A stretch of DNA of 64,000 nt from Bacteroidota bacterium. GTDB lineage: Bacteria > Bacteroidota > Bacteroidia > Bacteroidales > SZUA-534. Positions 56,537-64,000 of the stretch are shown piece after piece; position 1 is the first letter of the stretch; each line of letters starts with the position of its first letter. Both the position numbers and the translations under genes were made by a program. The DNA lies in contig QKGS01000052.1 in NCBI GenBank assembly GCA_003250355.1, positions 1,908 through 65,907 on the forward strand, read 5' to 3'. The notes beneath the pieces were generated by a model. It saw only the letters and a program-made list of their open reading frames with translations, searched no databases and was not told where the DNA came from.

Positions 56537-56711
56537 CCCGATTTATTCATTAGTTTTTTTTAAATCATAATGGAATATATGAGCAAATAGCATATGTTAC
56601 TATAATGCAATTGCAATATGTTCACATCTCGGTATTACTAATATTACTACAAAAAGTATATCTCACATACCAATATTGAATTACTATCGGTAATACCACA
56701 ACAATAATTAC

Positions 56712-58166
56712 ATGTTTAAAATAGTATCGTTTAAAAATATTATTCACATAATAGGTATGGCATTAGTAATAGAAAGCCTATTTATGATTATACCTGTATT
56801 TATTTCAATATTATATTCTGAAAATAATATTTCAGGAGAACTAATAGCTACTGCAATAACTCTAATAACCGGTTTTATCTTATATTATTTAAATAGGAAT
56901 GTTGAAAAACAAAAACTATGCAGTCGCGATAGCTTTGTGTTAATTACATTAATTTGGATAATAATACCATTATTCGGCACCTTACCATATATTTTAACTA
57001 GCTCTATTTCAGGTTTTATAAATCCTTTATTTGAATCGGTTTCGGGTTTTACAACTACCGGAGCTTCAATATTAAATGATATAGAAGCATTACCCAAAGG
57101 GATACTTATGTGGCGAGCATTAACCCACTGGCTTGGAGGTATGGGAATAATAGTGCTTGTAGTTGCAGTAATGCGCAATATGCAAATAGGAGGAAGTCAT
57201 ATAATGGCAGTTGAAGGTTCATTGCTTGGTGTAGATAAAATTAAACCGCGACTTATTGATGTGGCAAAAAGATTGTGGACTATATATATGATTTTAACAT
57301 TAGCAGAAACTATTCTATTAATGATTGCCGGAATGGATTTATTTGATGCGGTATGTCATTCTTTTGCAACAATTGCTACGGGTGGTTTTTCAACAAAAAA
57401 TACGAGCATTATAGAAATGTCGCCTGCTATTCAATATATTATATCAGTGTTTATGATTCTGTCAGGAGTCAATTTTTCGCTACATTATTTTGCTATACAT
57501 AAAAAGTTTAAGAAGATATTTAGCGATGAAGAGTTTAGAATGTATATTGGCATTATCGGTGTATCAACAATTTTAATTACAATAAACATATTCAAACAAT
57601 ACAATACCTTTGAAGAATCATTCAGGCACTCATTATTTCAGGTAAGTTCAATACTCACATGTACCGGTTTTGCATCGGCCGACTATGAAATTTGGCCTTC
57701 AATGTCGAAAGTAATTATATTTTCTATAATGTTTATAGGAGCATCGGTAGGTTCAACAGGAGGCGGAATAAAAGTAGCCCGTATAGTAATTATTTTAAAA
57801 TCGGCTAAACAAGTATTTAAAAAACTATTAAGCCCTAATACAGTAAAAATTACTTTCTATAATAAGGAGAAAGTTGGAGACCAGATAAAAACAGGTGTTT
57901 TTGCATTTATATCAATTTATATAATAACATTTATAACAGGGACAATAATAATGTGTGCTGCCAATAACAGTATTGCAACATCGGCAGGCAGTATTGTTAC
58001 AACTTTAGGAGGGATAGGTCCCGGATTTGGGACAACCGGTCCGATAGAAAACTTTTTTGGATTGAATATATTTTCAAAATTATATTTGTCTGCAAACATG
58101 ATACTTGGTAGGCTTGAAATATTATCGGTATTAGTAATATTTCATCCGAGTTTTAGAAAGCTGTGA
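56712..58166 (+). CDS. trkH: TrkH/KtrB-family potassium uptake membrane protein
   Basis: 484 aa, polytopic. Repeated selectivity-filter-like segments SGFTTTGAS, TGGFS, CTGFA and STGGG. Confidence 0.85.
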   Translation: MFKIVSFKNIIHIIGMALVIESLFMIIPVFISILYSENNISGELIATAITLITGFILYYLNRNVEKQKLCSRDSFVLITLIWIIIPLFGTLPYILTSSISGFINPLFESVSGFTTTGASILNDIEALPKGILMWRALTHWLGGMGIIVLVVAVMRNMQIGGSHIMAVEGSLLGVDKIKPRLIDVAKRLWTIYMILTLAETILLMIAGMDLFDAVCHSFATIATGGFSTKNTSIIEMSPAIQYIISVFMILSGVNFSLHYFAIHKKFKKIFSDEEFRMYIGIIGVSTILITINIFKQYNTFEESFRHSLFQVSSILTCTGFASADYEIWPSMSKVIIFSIMFIGASVGSTGGGIKVARIVIILKSAKQVFKKLLSPNTVKITFYNKEKVGDQIKTGVFAFISIYIITFITGTIIMCAANNSIATSAGSIVTTLGGIGPGFGTTGPIENFFGLNIFSKLYLSANMILGRLEILSVLVIFHPSFRKL

Positions 58167-58271
58167 TTAACTAATATTTGTATTCATCAGTATTCAAAGG
58201 AATATGTTTGGAATAATAACAAAGTTTTTTTGTTATTTTTAAGCTCTATTTCATAATTAAAAAACATAGAG

Positions 58272-58838
58272 ATGAAACAAACACTTGAAGCAATACAAAA
58301 ACATATAGAAGATACTTTTTATAAAGAGAAACCTGCTACCCGATACGGTTTTACAGAAAAATACACTTCAGTTTTTGACGATATAGTATATAAGGTTTCA
58401 GTAGAGAAGGAATCATTTGACTTGCACGAGGTAGTAAAAGAACTTCAGGGGCCATTATTTAAATATAATAACGACCATAGCGAATTATTTATATGCAGCC
58501 CTATATTTAGGCTGCTATTTAACCTTAACGGTTCTAACAAATTCAGCGATATACCTGTTGAAAAATGGTTCGACAGAACATTTTGGGACAATCAAATAAA
58601 GCATATTTCAACCTTTAACGGATTAAGTTACACTACAAAAGAGGGCGATATTCCTGAATTTATGGGCTTAATACAGAAAAAAGATGACGGAAATATTGCT
58701 GTACATGTATTAAGAAGTCCTTACTTAATTAATTTAGAATATAATCATGAATTTCTTGCAACAGAGGCTCCCCTTATTTTTGAATTAGATAACTCTGACC
58801 CTATTCATTTGGTACGTTTCTTAATGGCTAGAAAGTAA
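58272..58838 (+). CDS. Hypothetical protein (188 aa)
   Basis: ORF only; no motif recognised. Its stop is 14 nt before the CYTH gene start. Confidence 0.45.
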   Translation: MKQTLEAIQKHIEDTFYKEKPATRYGFTEKYTSVFDDIVYKVSVEKESFDLHEVVKELQGPLFKYNNDHSELFICSPIFRLLFNLNGSNKFSDIPVEKWFDRTFWDNQIKHISTFNGLSYTTKEGDIPEFMGLIQKKDDGNIAVHVLRSPYLINLEYNHEFLATEAPLIFELDNSDPIHLVRFLMARK

Positions 58839-58852
58839 TTTTTAAAAATAAA

Positions 58853-59320
58853 ATGGCTTTTGAAATAGAACGCAAATTCCTTGTAAAAAATTCAGCTTGG
58901 AAAGAGCTTTGCGACAAAGGAACACCAATAAAACAAGGATACTTAAATTCACACAAAGAGCGCACTGTAAGGGTAAGAATAAAAGGCGATAAAGGATTCT
59001 TAACTATAAAAGGGATTGCAAGAAACATCACTCGCCACGAATTTGAATATGAAATACCCTGTTCTGATGCTGTAAGTATGCTTAAAATATGCGAAATGTC
59101 GATTATAGACAAAACTCGATATGAAGTGAAGCAAGGAGATATTACCTGGGAAATTGATGTTTTTTATGGCGATAACGAAGGATTAATTATAGCCGAGGTT
59201 GAACTTAAATCAGAAAATCAGCAATTTGAGAAACCCAAATGGCTTGGGCAAGAAGTATCGGGCAATGTAAGTTACTATAATGCCAATTTGATAAGTAACC
59301 CTTATAAGAATTGGAAGTAA
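58853..59320 (+). CDS. CYTH-domain protein (triphosphate tunnel metalloenzyme)
   Basis: 155 aa. N-terminal EIERKFLV (ExExK signature) and later EVEL. Confidence 0.8.
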   Translation: MAFEIERKFLVKNSAWKELCDKGTPIKQGYLNSHKERTVRVRIKGDKGFLTIKGIARNITRHEFEYEIPCSDAVSMLKICEMSIIDKTRYEVKQGDITWEIDVFYGDNEGLIIAEVELKSENQQFEKPKWLGQEVSGNVSYYNANLISNPYKNWK

Positions 59321-59462
59321 TAGTGGTACACCATCTTAAAAAACGATTATCAAATAGAATTGTTTTTTACTAAATACTGTTTAAAAACAATTATTGGCAG
59401 TTTCAATTCAAGTTTCATATATTTACACCCACTTAATTATTTAACCTTTAATTATATTTAGC

Positions 59463-61364
59463 ATGAATAAAATCCACTATTTGCAAAAAATAAAAGCTAT
59501 ACTTTTGCTTTTTATTTTAAATTTCCCAATTATTTTATCGGCACAATCTACTGAACTTTTCAGTAGTGAAGTAACAGGTGCCACAAATTTTTCAGACAAT
59601 AGTGAAACATATAACTTAAGTTCAAACCTGAGTATTGAATTTGGAAGCGGTTATGGTCATACCGGTGATGACAGATTTATAGGTACAGGAGCGAACCCTC
59701 CCGGAGGGCCTGGTGTTATTGGATCTATTACAAATAATTCAAATAATTTTTATGTTCACAGCCTTTGGATATACCCCTCATCTGATGGTGGAAATAACCC
59801 TACCAATAATGGCACGGTTATATTCAAAGGAAAACTAAACGGCTCTACCGTTTTTACACAAACTGTTAGCAGTGGTTTTAGTACAAACTATGCTGATGCT
59901 GATTACGGATTCTCCAAAGTAAGTTTTACTAGCTATAACACAATAGCTATTGATGAACTAGAAGTTGAAATAACAGGCAGTTTCAATTACCTTGCCATTG
60001 ATGATTTTGAGCATGAAAGAGCTATTTCCTGCATCAATCCTCAAATACCTACTGTTACAGTATCACCAACTTCAGTTTGTAATGGAAGTAGTACTACTTT
60101 ATATATTTCAGGAAACTTGAACGATGCCACTAACTGGCATATTTATACAGGGTCGTGTGGAGGAACTCTAATTGGTACTACTTCTACCGGCTCATTTTCT
60201 GTAACACCTTCATCGCCTTCAACTACTTACTTTGTAAGAGGTGAGGGTGGATGCGTTACTCCCGGTAGTTGTGGATCTGTTACTGTTATGGTAAACGCTA
60301 ACACTACCATTGATGTTCAACCAACTACTACAACTAATATGTGCCAGAGAGATCCTTCAATAGAATTATCTGTTTCAGCTTCGGGGTCAGGTACATTATC
60401 TTATCAATGGTATAATCTAACAGGTGCAATTTCAGGTGCTCAGTCGTCAACTTTACAAATTGCAACTCAGACCGGCAATTCTAATACTTATTACTGTAAA
60501 GTAACAGCTACTTGCGGATCTGCTACAAGTAACAATGCTGTAGTAAATATAAATCCATCGTATAATCAAACCAAATACGTTTCTGTTTGCTCGGGTGAAA
60601 GCTTTACATTCCCTGACGGTACTACTCAAAACAATATTACAAGTCAGGTTATATATACAAGCAACCTTTCTACTGTTAACACCTCATGCGACAGTATTAT
60701 TACTACTACCGTAAATGTTAATCCGGTTTATAATTTGAACGAATCCGTTTCTGTTTGCTCGGGTGAAAGCTTTACATTCCCTGACGGTACTACTCAAAAC
60801 AATATTACAAGTCAGGTTATATATACAAGCAACCTTTCTACTGTTAACACCTCATGCGACAGTATTATTACTACTACGGTTAACATAACTGAAGTTAATA
60901 TTCAAACCTCATCAACAAATGCTTCCATTATAGCTGAAGCTAACAATGCAATATACCAATGGATAGACTGCAATAACTCAAACCAACCTATTCAAAATGA
61001 AAAAGAGAAAGAATTTTTCCCCTCGCAAAATGGTTCCTATGCAGTAGAAATAACAATTGATGGATGTAAAGAAATATCAAGCTGTGAAACATTCACAACT
61101 GTAGATGCCAAATATTCAATCAAAAAAACAAACCCAATTATATATCCTAACCCTACTACAGATATTGTAACCATTAAGTTCAATTCCTCAAATGATACTA
61201 TATTTATCAAATTATATAACGAAGCAGGGAATTTAATAAGTAATATGAAAACAGAAAAAGCAGAATCAGTAGATATAGCCATTGAAGGTGTTGAGGGATT
61301 ATACTTTATTGAAATTTCAGACAAATATGGTAATACCAATACATATCAAATAATCAAGAAATAG
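59463..61364 (+). CDS. Secreted repeat protein with T9SS C-terminal sorting domain
   Basis: 633 aa. Signal peptide and Cys-containing Ig-like repeats. The C-terminus IYPNPTTDIVTIKF...GLYFIEISDKYGNTNTYQIIKK is typical of the Por/T9SS CTD. Confidence 0.8.
   Translation: MNKIHYLQKIKAILLLFILNFPIILSAQSTELFSSEVTGATNFSDNSETYNLSSNLSIEFGSGYGHTGDDRFIGTGANPPGGPGVIGSITNNSNNFYVHSLWIYPSSDGGNNPTNNGTVIFKGKLNGSTVFTQTVSSGFSTNYADADYGFSKVSFTSYNTIAIDELEVEITGSFNYLAIDDFEHERAISCINPQIPTVTVSPTSVCNGSSTTLYISGNLNDATNWHIYTGSCGGTLIGTTSTGSFSVTPSSPSTTYFVRGEGGCVTPGSCGSVTVMVNANTTIDVQPTTTTNMCQRDPSIELSVSASGSGTLSYQWYNLTGAISGAQSSTLQIATQTGNSNTYYCKVTATCGSATSNNAVVNINPSYNQTKYVSVCSGESFTFPDGTTQNNITSQVIYTSNLSTVNTSCDSIITTTVNVNPVYNLNESVSVCSGESFTFPDGTTQNNITSQVIYTSNLSTVNTSCDSIITTTVNITEVNIQTSSTNASIIAEANNAIYQWIDCNNSNQPIQNEKEKEFFPSQNGSYAVEITIDGCKEISSCETFTTVDAKYSIKKTNPIIYPNPTTDIVTIKFNSSNDTIFIKLYNEAGNLISNMKTEKAESVDIAIEGVEGLYFIEISDKYGNTNTYQIIKK
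60578..60877 (+). repeat. 168-bp in-frame tandem duplication with a 132-bp perfectly identical core
   Basis: 60578-60709 is identical to 60746-60877. It encodes VSVCSGESFTFPDGTTQNNITSQVIYTSNLSTVNTSCDSIITTTV twice. Confidence 0.9.
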
Positions 61365-61370
61365 ATAAAG

Positions 61371-61400
61371 AAAGCCGCTCCTCCCAAAGCGGCTTTTTTA
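61371..61400 (+). terminator. Rho-independent terminator after the T9SS substrate gene
   Basis: AGCCGC (61373-78) - loop - GCGGCT (61389-94) followed by TTTTTTA. Confidence 0.8.
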
Positions 61401-61438
61401 TTTCCCCCCACAAATAGCCCAACTCAAACACCCTATAC

Positions 61439-61939
61439 CTATGTAAATATTATTTGAGTACCTTCGCCCCCGCACATTGCATAAAAATCGCCTACGGTAA
61501 GCACACCGCTCACTTGATCATGCAAATCATCCTTAGTTAATTTAAACATATCCATAGCCAGTTTACAGGCATATATTTCACCGCCTCCGGCAGTTATCAT
61601 TTCCAAAAACTCATCGACAGGCGGAATATCGAGTTTTTCCATTTGGCTTTTCATCATTGCCGAAACTCCGGCCTCAACACCTGGCAACATTCCCAGTATA
61701 GTAGGAAAAGGTAAACCGCCGGGCATACGCATAGCCGGATTTCCCACTGTTGCGGTATGGAGTTTATTCATTTGCTTTTTTGTAATGGCATCGAGCCCAA
61801 AAAATGTAAAAAACACTTTAGCCTCTATACCTTCCATTACGGCACCATTGGCCATAACCAATGTAGCGTATACATCTTCAATACTGCCTTTGGCACATAT
61901 TATACAGACTTTTTTTAATGGTTTATCGTGTTCGCTCAT
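61439..61939 (-). CDS. DsrE/DsrF-like sulfur-relay family protein
   Basis: 166 aa. Layout VCIICAKGSIEDVY...FFTFFGL...IYACKLAMDMF with a conserved Cys. Confidence 0.6.
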   Translation of the reverse strand: MSEHDKPLKKVCIICAKGSIEDVYATLVMANGAVMEGIEAKVFFTFFGLDAITKKQMNKLHTATVGNPAMRMPGGLPFPTILGMLPGVEAGVSAMMKSQMEKLDIPPVDEFLEMITAGGGEIYACKLAMDMFKLTKDDLHDQVSGVLTVGDFYAMCGGEGTQIIFT

Positions 61940-61940
61940 T

Positions 61941-62056
61941 GTTCTATGTATTACTGTTATTACTAAATCTTCTACAGTTATAACTTTTATGTTATACTGC
62001 TCTACTTATCTGTTATAGGTTATAAGTTATAACCTACTGCTTAGAACTTATAACCT
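61941..62056 (+). repeat. The entire 117-bp spacer shows 7-nt periodicity (NNGTTAT family)
   Basis: In one fixed 7-nt register across the spacer: CTGTTAT, CAGTTAT, ATGTTAT, TACTTAT, CTGTTAT, AGGTTAT, AAGTTAT, AACTTAT. Contains the near-palindrome GGTTATAAGTTATAACC. Confidence 0.8.
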
Positions 62057-62368
62057 CTACACACAACTCACCGGTTTGGGAATACCTGCTATTTTCGATG
62101 AGTACTTTAATGGTCCGCCGGGAAACAAATCGTAAAATCCTTTAATATCAACAATTCCCGACTTACCAACCTTACGAATTGTTAACGGTTCGCCCGCAGC
62201 ATTTTTATCTCTTAAGAAATTTAGAACTTCAAAATGCTTATCGGTTAGTTCTATCTCAAGTTCTTTTGCAATTTCGGTTGCAATTTCCTTGTTCCATTGT
62301 GAAGCATCGGTTAAGTAACCCTCTTCATTTACCTGTACAGTTTTACCTGCTATTAATTTTTCGGTCAT
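62057..62368 (-). CDS. TusE/DsrC-family sulfur-relay protein (single C-terminal Cys type)
   Basis: 103 aa. The C-terminus GIPKPVSCV has the invariant penultimate Cys. No second Cys sits ~11 residues upstream, so it is TusE-like rather than a bona fide DsrC. Confidence 0.8.
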   Translation of the reverse strand: MTEKLIAGKTVQVNEEGYLTDASQWNKEIATEIAKELEIELTDKHFEVLNFLRDKNAAGEPLTIRKVGKSGIVDIKGFYDLFPGGPLKYSSKIAGIPKPVSCV

Positions 62369-62550
62369 ATTTATATAGTTTATTTGTTTAACCCGTATTA
62401 TTCATTAGGTTCTCAATATTTTCATTAATCAATTATTAATCAGCACCTTTAGCTTTGCTGAGCTCCACTTCGTTACGGTTCTAATGCAACGCATTTACTC
62501 ACCCTATCGGGCTTCGTGAGATCGCTGCGCTAAGTTGAGCGGGCTGAACC

Positions 62551-62585
62551 CAGATGGTTAATTGATGTTTTCCATTAACCATCTG
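62551..62585. repeat. 12-bp perfect-stem hairpin CAGATGGTTAAT - 11 nt - ATTAACCATCTG
   Basis: Read directly from the sequence, inside the 394-bp spacer between the DUF1641 and tusE-like genes. Confidence 0.85.
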
Positions 62586-62655
62586 TATTGCTTCTATTTA
62601 CCCTCATTATTTCAATTTTATCGCATAATTCTGGTTTAACAAGTCTGTCTTATTT

Positions 62656-62690
62656 AGTCTTCAGTTTCCGTTTTCTGGTTTCCCTTCTAC
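62656..62690 (+). repeat. Heptamer array AGTCTTC AGTTTCC GTTTTCT GGTTTCC CTTCTAC
   Basis: Read directly from the sequence. Same NGTYTCC family as 48979-49006. Confidence 0.8.
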
Positions 62691-62762
62691 CCTATATATA
62701 CAGTTACTATATCGTTCGTTCTTTCAATGTCTACCTACTAAGAACCGGATACTGCCAACAGG

Positions 62763-63431
62763 CTATTCTCTGGACATCCCTTTCATAAATGTTACCATAA
62801 ATCCCATAGCACGTTTCATTTCCGGTTTATTGAGTTCACGCATCATTCTAAAAACCGAGTATTCGGGAATTTTCTCGCCTTGCACAGTTTCAAATACTTT
62901 CAAGGCATTATTTATCAGTTTTTGAAATTCGGGCGTAGTAAGGCTCTTTACCGTTTCCAACAGAGTAACAATATTATCGGCCAAATGCCTAATGTCGTCA
63001 ACAGTAAAATGTGATACAGCATTATCAACAACTTTCCCGAATTCCGATAGTTTATCGAAATATCCTTTTTTATCGTACTCATTAAATTTCTGAATCATAT
63101 CAAGTACCACATCGTGAACTATTGGTTGGGCATCTTTCACAAAATCGTTAGCACTTTCAAATAATGACAACGCCTGATTAAAATTTTTAATATTCCGCAA
63201 TAGCCCTATACCTAGCTCCCGCATATCTTCGGGATGCAGTTCTATTCTTTGATTTTCGAGCTCTTCAACCGCTGAATCATAAATATCTTTTCCAACTATT
63301 GTTATGTCAGCTATTAAATCGTTAACCTCTTCAGTTTTCATTTTCTGATGATTAACAATGTCGAGTATCATGTCCATTTTACGGTCAAGCTCATCCATTC
63401 TTTTTATTAAATCGTTGTTATCCATGACCAT
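62763..63431 (-). CDS. DUF1641-domain protein
   Basis: 222 aa, helical and acidic. It sits directly downstream of an SQR-like flavoprotein, which I recall as the usual DUF1641 context. The call is by context and general resemblance only. Confidence 0.5.
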   Translation of the reverse strand: MVMDNNDLIKRMDELDRKMDMILDIVNHQKMKTEEVNDLIADITIVGKDIYDSAVEELENQRIELHPEDMRELGIGLLRNIKNFNQALSLFESANDFVKDAQPIVHDVVLDMIQKFNEYDKKGYFDKLSEFGKVVDNAVSHFTVDDIRHLADNIVTLLETVKSLTTPEFQKLINNALKVFETVQGEKIPEYSVFRMMRELNKPEMKRAMGFMVTFMKGMSRE

Positions 63432-63437
63432 AAGATT

Positions 63438-64000
63438 TTAGAAACTTATTCTTTTTTTACCTGCCATCGACATATCGGCATCAATAGGTAACTCTTTGCC
63501 TTTGAGTAGAATATGCCAGTATATCCATCGGAACATTATTTTTCCGTAGTGGTTTATTTTGGTATTTTTCAACAACCCGAATGGTCCTATTCCCGGCAAA
63601 GGAAATGTACCCGGAAGCGGCTCTGTTTCGTAATTGAAATCAATTAAAGCTCCTTTACCAAAACCTGTTTCAATATAACAGTTAGCATGACCGTCGAAGC
63701 TTGCCGAAAGCGGACGCCCTTCAATGTAATCGATAATATTATCGAACAATATTTCAGAAGCAAAGTGAGCTACCGAACCGGCTTTGGAAGTTGGGATATT
63801 TGAAGCATCGCCAAGCACAAAAATATTTTGGTGAGCATCGGACTGTAGTGTATGTTTATTTGTAGGTACAAAATTAAGGTCGTCGCCCAATCCGCTCCGT
63901 TCTATCATTGCATCGCCCATATTTACAGGCACTATTGTAAGTAAATCGAATGGTACTTCCTTTGCATCGTACGATACCAGTTTTTTATTGTCATTGTCGA
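63438..64000 (-). CDS. Sulfide:quinone oxidoreductase-like FAD-dependent oxidoreductase, C-terminal part (5' end outside the window)
   Basis: The frame stays open upstream of the track's GTG at 63932 (...DNDNKKLVSYDAKEVPFDLLTIVPVNMG...). FVLGDASNIPTSKAGSVAHF matches the second FAD-binding motif of SQR/NDH-2-type flavoproteins. Confidence 0.65.
   Translation of the reverse strand, partial: DNDNKKLVSYDAKEVPFDLLTIVPVNMGDAMIERSGLGDDLNFVPTNKHTLQSDAHQNIFVLGDASNIPTSKAGSVAHFASEILFDNIIDYIEGRPLSASFDGHANCYIETGFGKGALIDFNYETEPLPGTFPLPGIGPFGLLKNTKINHYGKIMFRWIYWHILLKGKELPIDADMSMAGKKRISF

Noticed and set aside
56712-58166. trkH without an adjacent trkA/ktrA gating subunit as a possible anomaly.
   Set aside because: The regulatory subunit is frequently encoded elsewhere. 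Nothing in the sequence itself is unusual.

Overview
AT-rich chromosome segment of Bacteroidota type, judged from the T9SS C-terminal sorting domain, the MoxR-DUF58-BatABCDE aerotolerance operon, a four-helix-bundle (23S-IVS family) gene and the integrase architecture. All protein calls rest on motif recognition by eye; no searches were run.

Gene content, left to right:
- 1-~7.5 kb: the right-hand part of an integrative element with a zinc-ribbon/Toprim-like primase, a P4-family primase-helicase, a frameshifted excisionase-type HTH gene, an orphan 539-aa cargo ORF, a tyrosine integrase and a zinc-ribbon + triple-HTH protein. It abuts the mnmE terminator.
- Housekeeping genes: mnmE, a SpoIIE/PP2C sensor phosphatase, an HsdR_N-domain protein, an AMP-nucleosidase-like gene, holA, and an AddA-like/AddB-like pair split by a multi-PAS sensor and an ECF sigma factor.
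- tRNA-Pro(GGG).
- A cobalamin riboswitch followed by a 12.4-kb anaerobic cobalamin cluster: cbiX, cbiMNQO, cbiACDETLFGHJ and a cysG-like fusion.
- trxB, a hybrid histidine kinase and a stand-alone receiver.
- The Bat aerotolerance operon on the minus strand.
- An AAA+/DUF234 ATPase, truA, trkH, a CYTH protein and a T9SS-secreted repeat protein.
- A DsrE-like / TusE-DsrC-like / DUF1641 / SQR-like sulfur cluster that runs off the right edge.

The most unusual feature is non-genic. The two minus-strand operons (Bat and sulfur) have inflated intergenic spacers. These are built from degenerate 7-nt-period repeat arrays of several recurring families, which abut start and stop codons, plus a repeated GC-richer three-hairpin element. 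One pair of inverted heptamer arrays brackets a four-helix-bundle gene inserted between moxR and the DUF58 gene, which looks like a cassette or miniature mobile unit.

No CRISPR array, rRNA, transposase or phage structural gene was seen.
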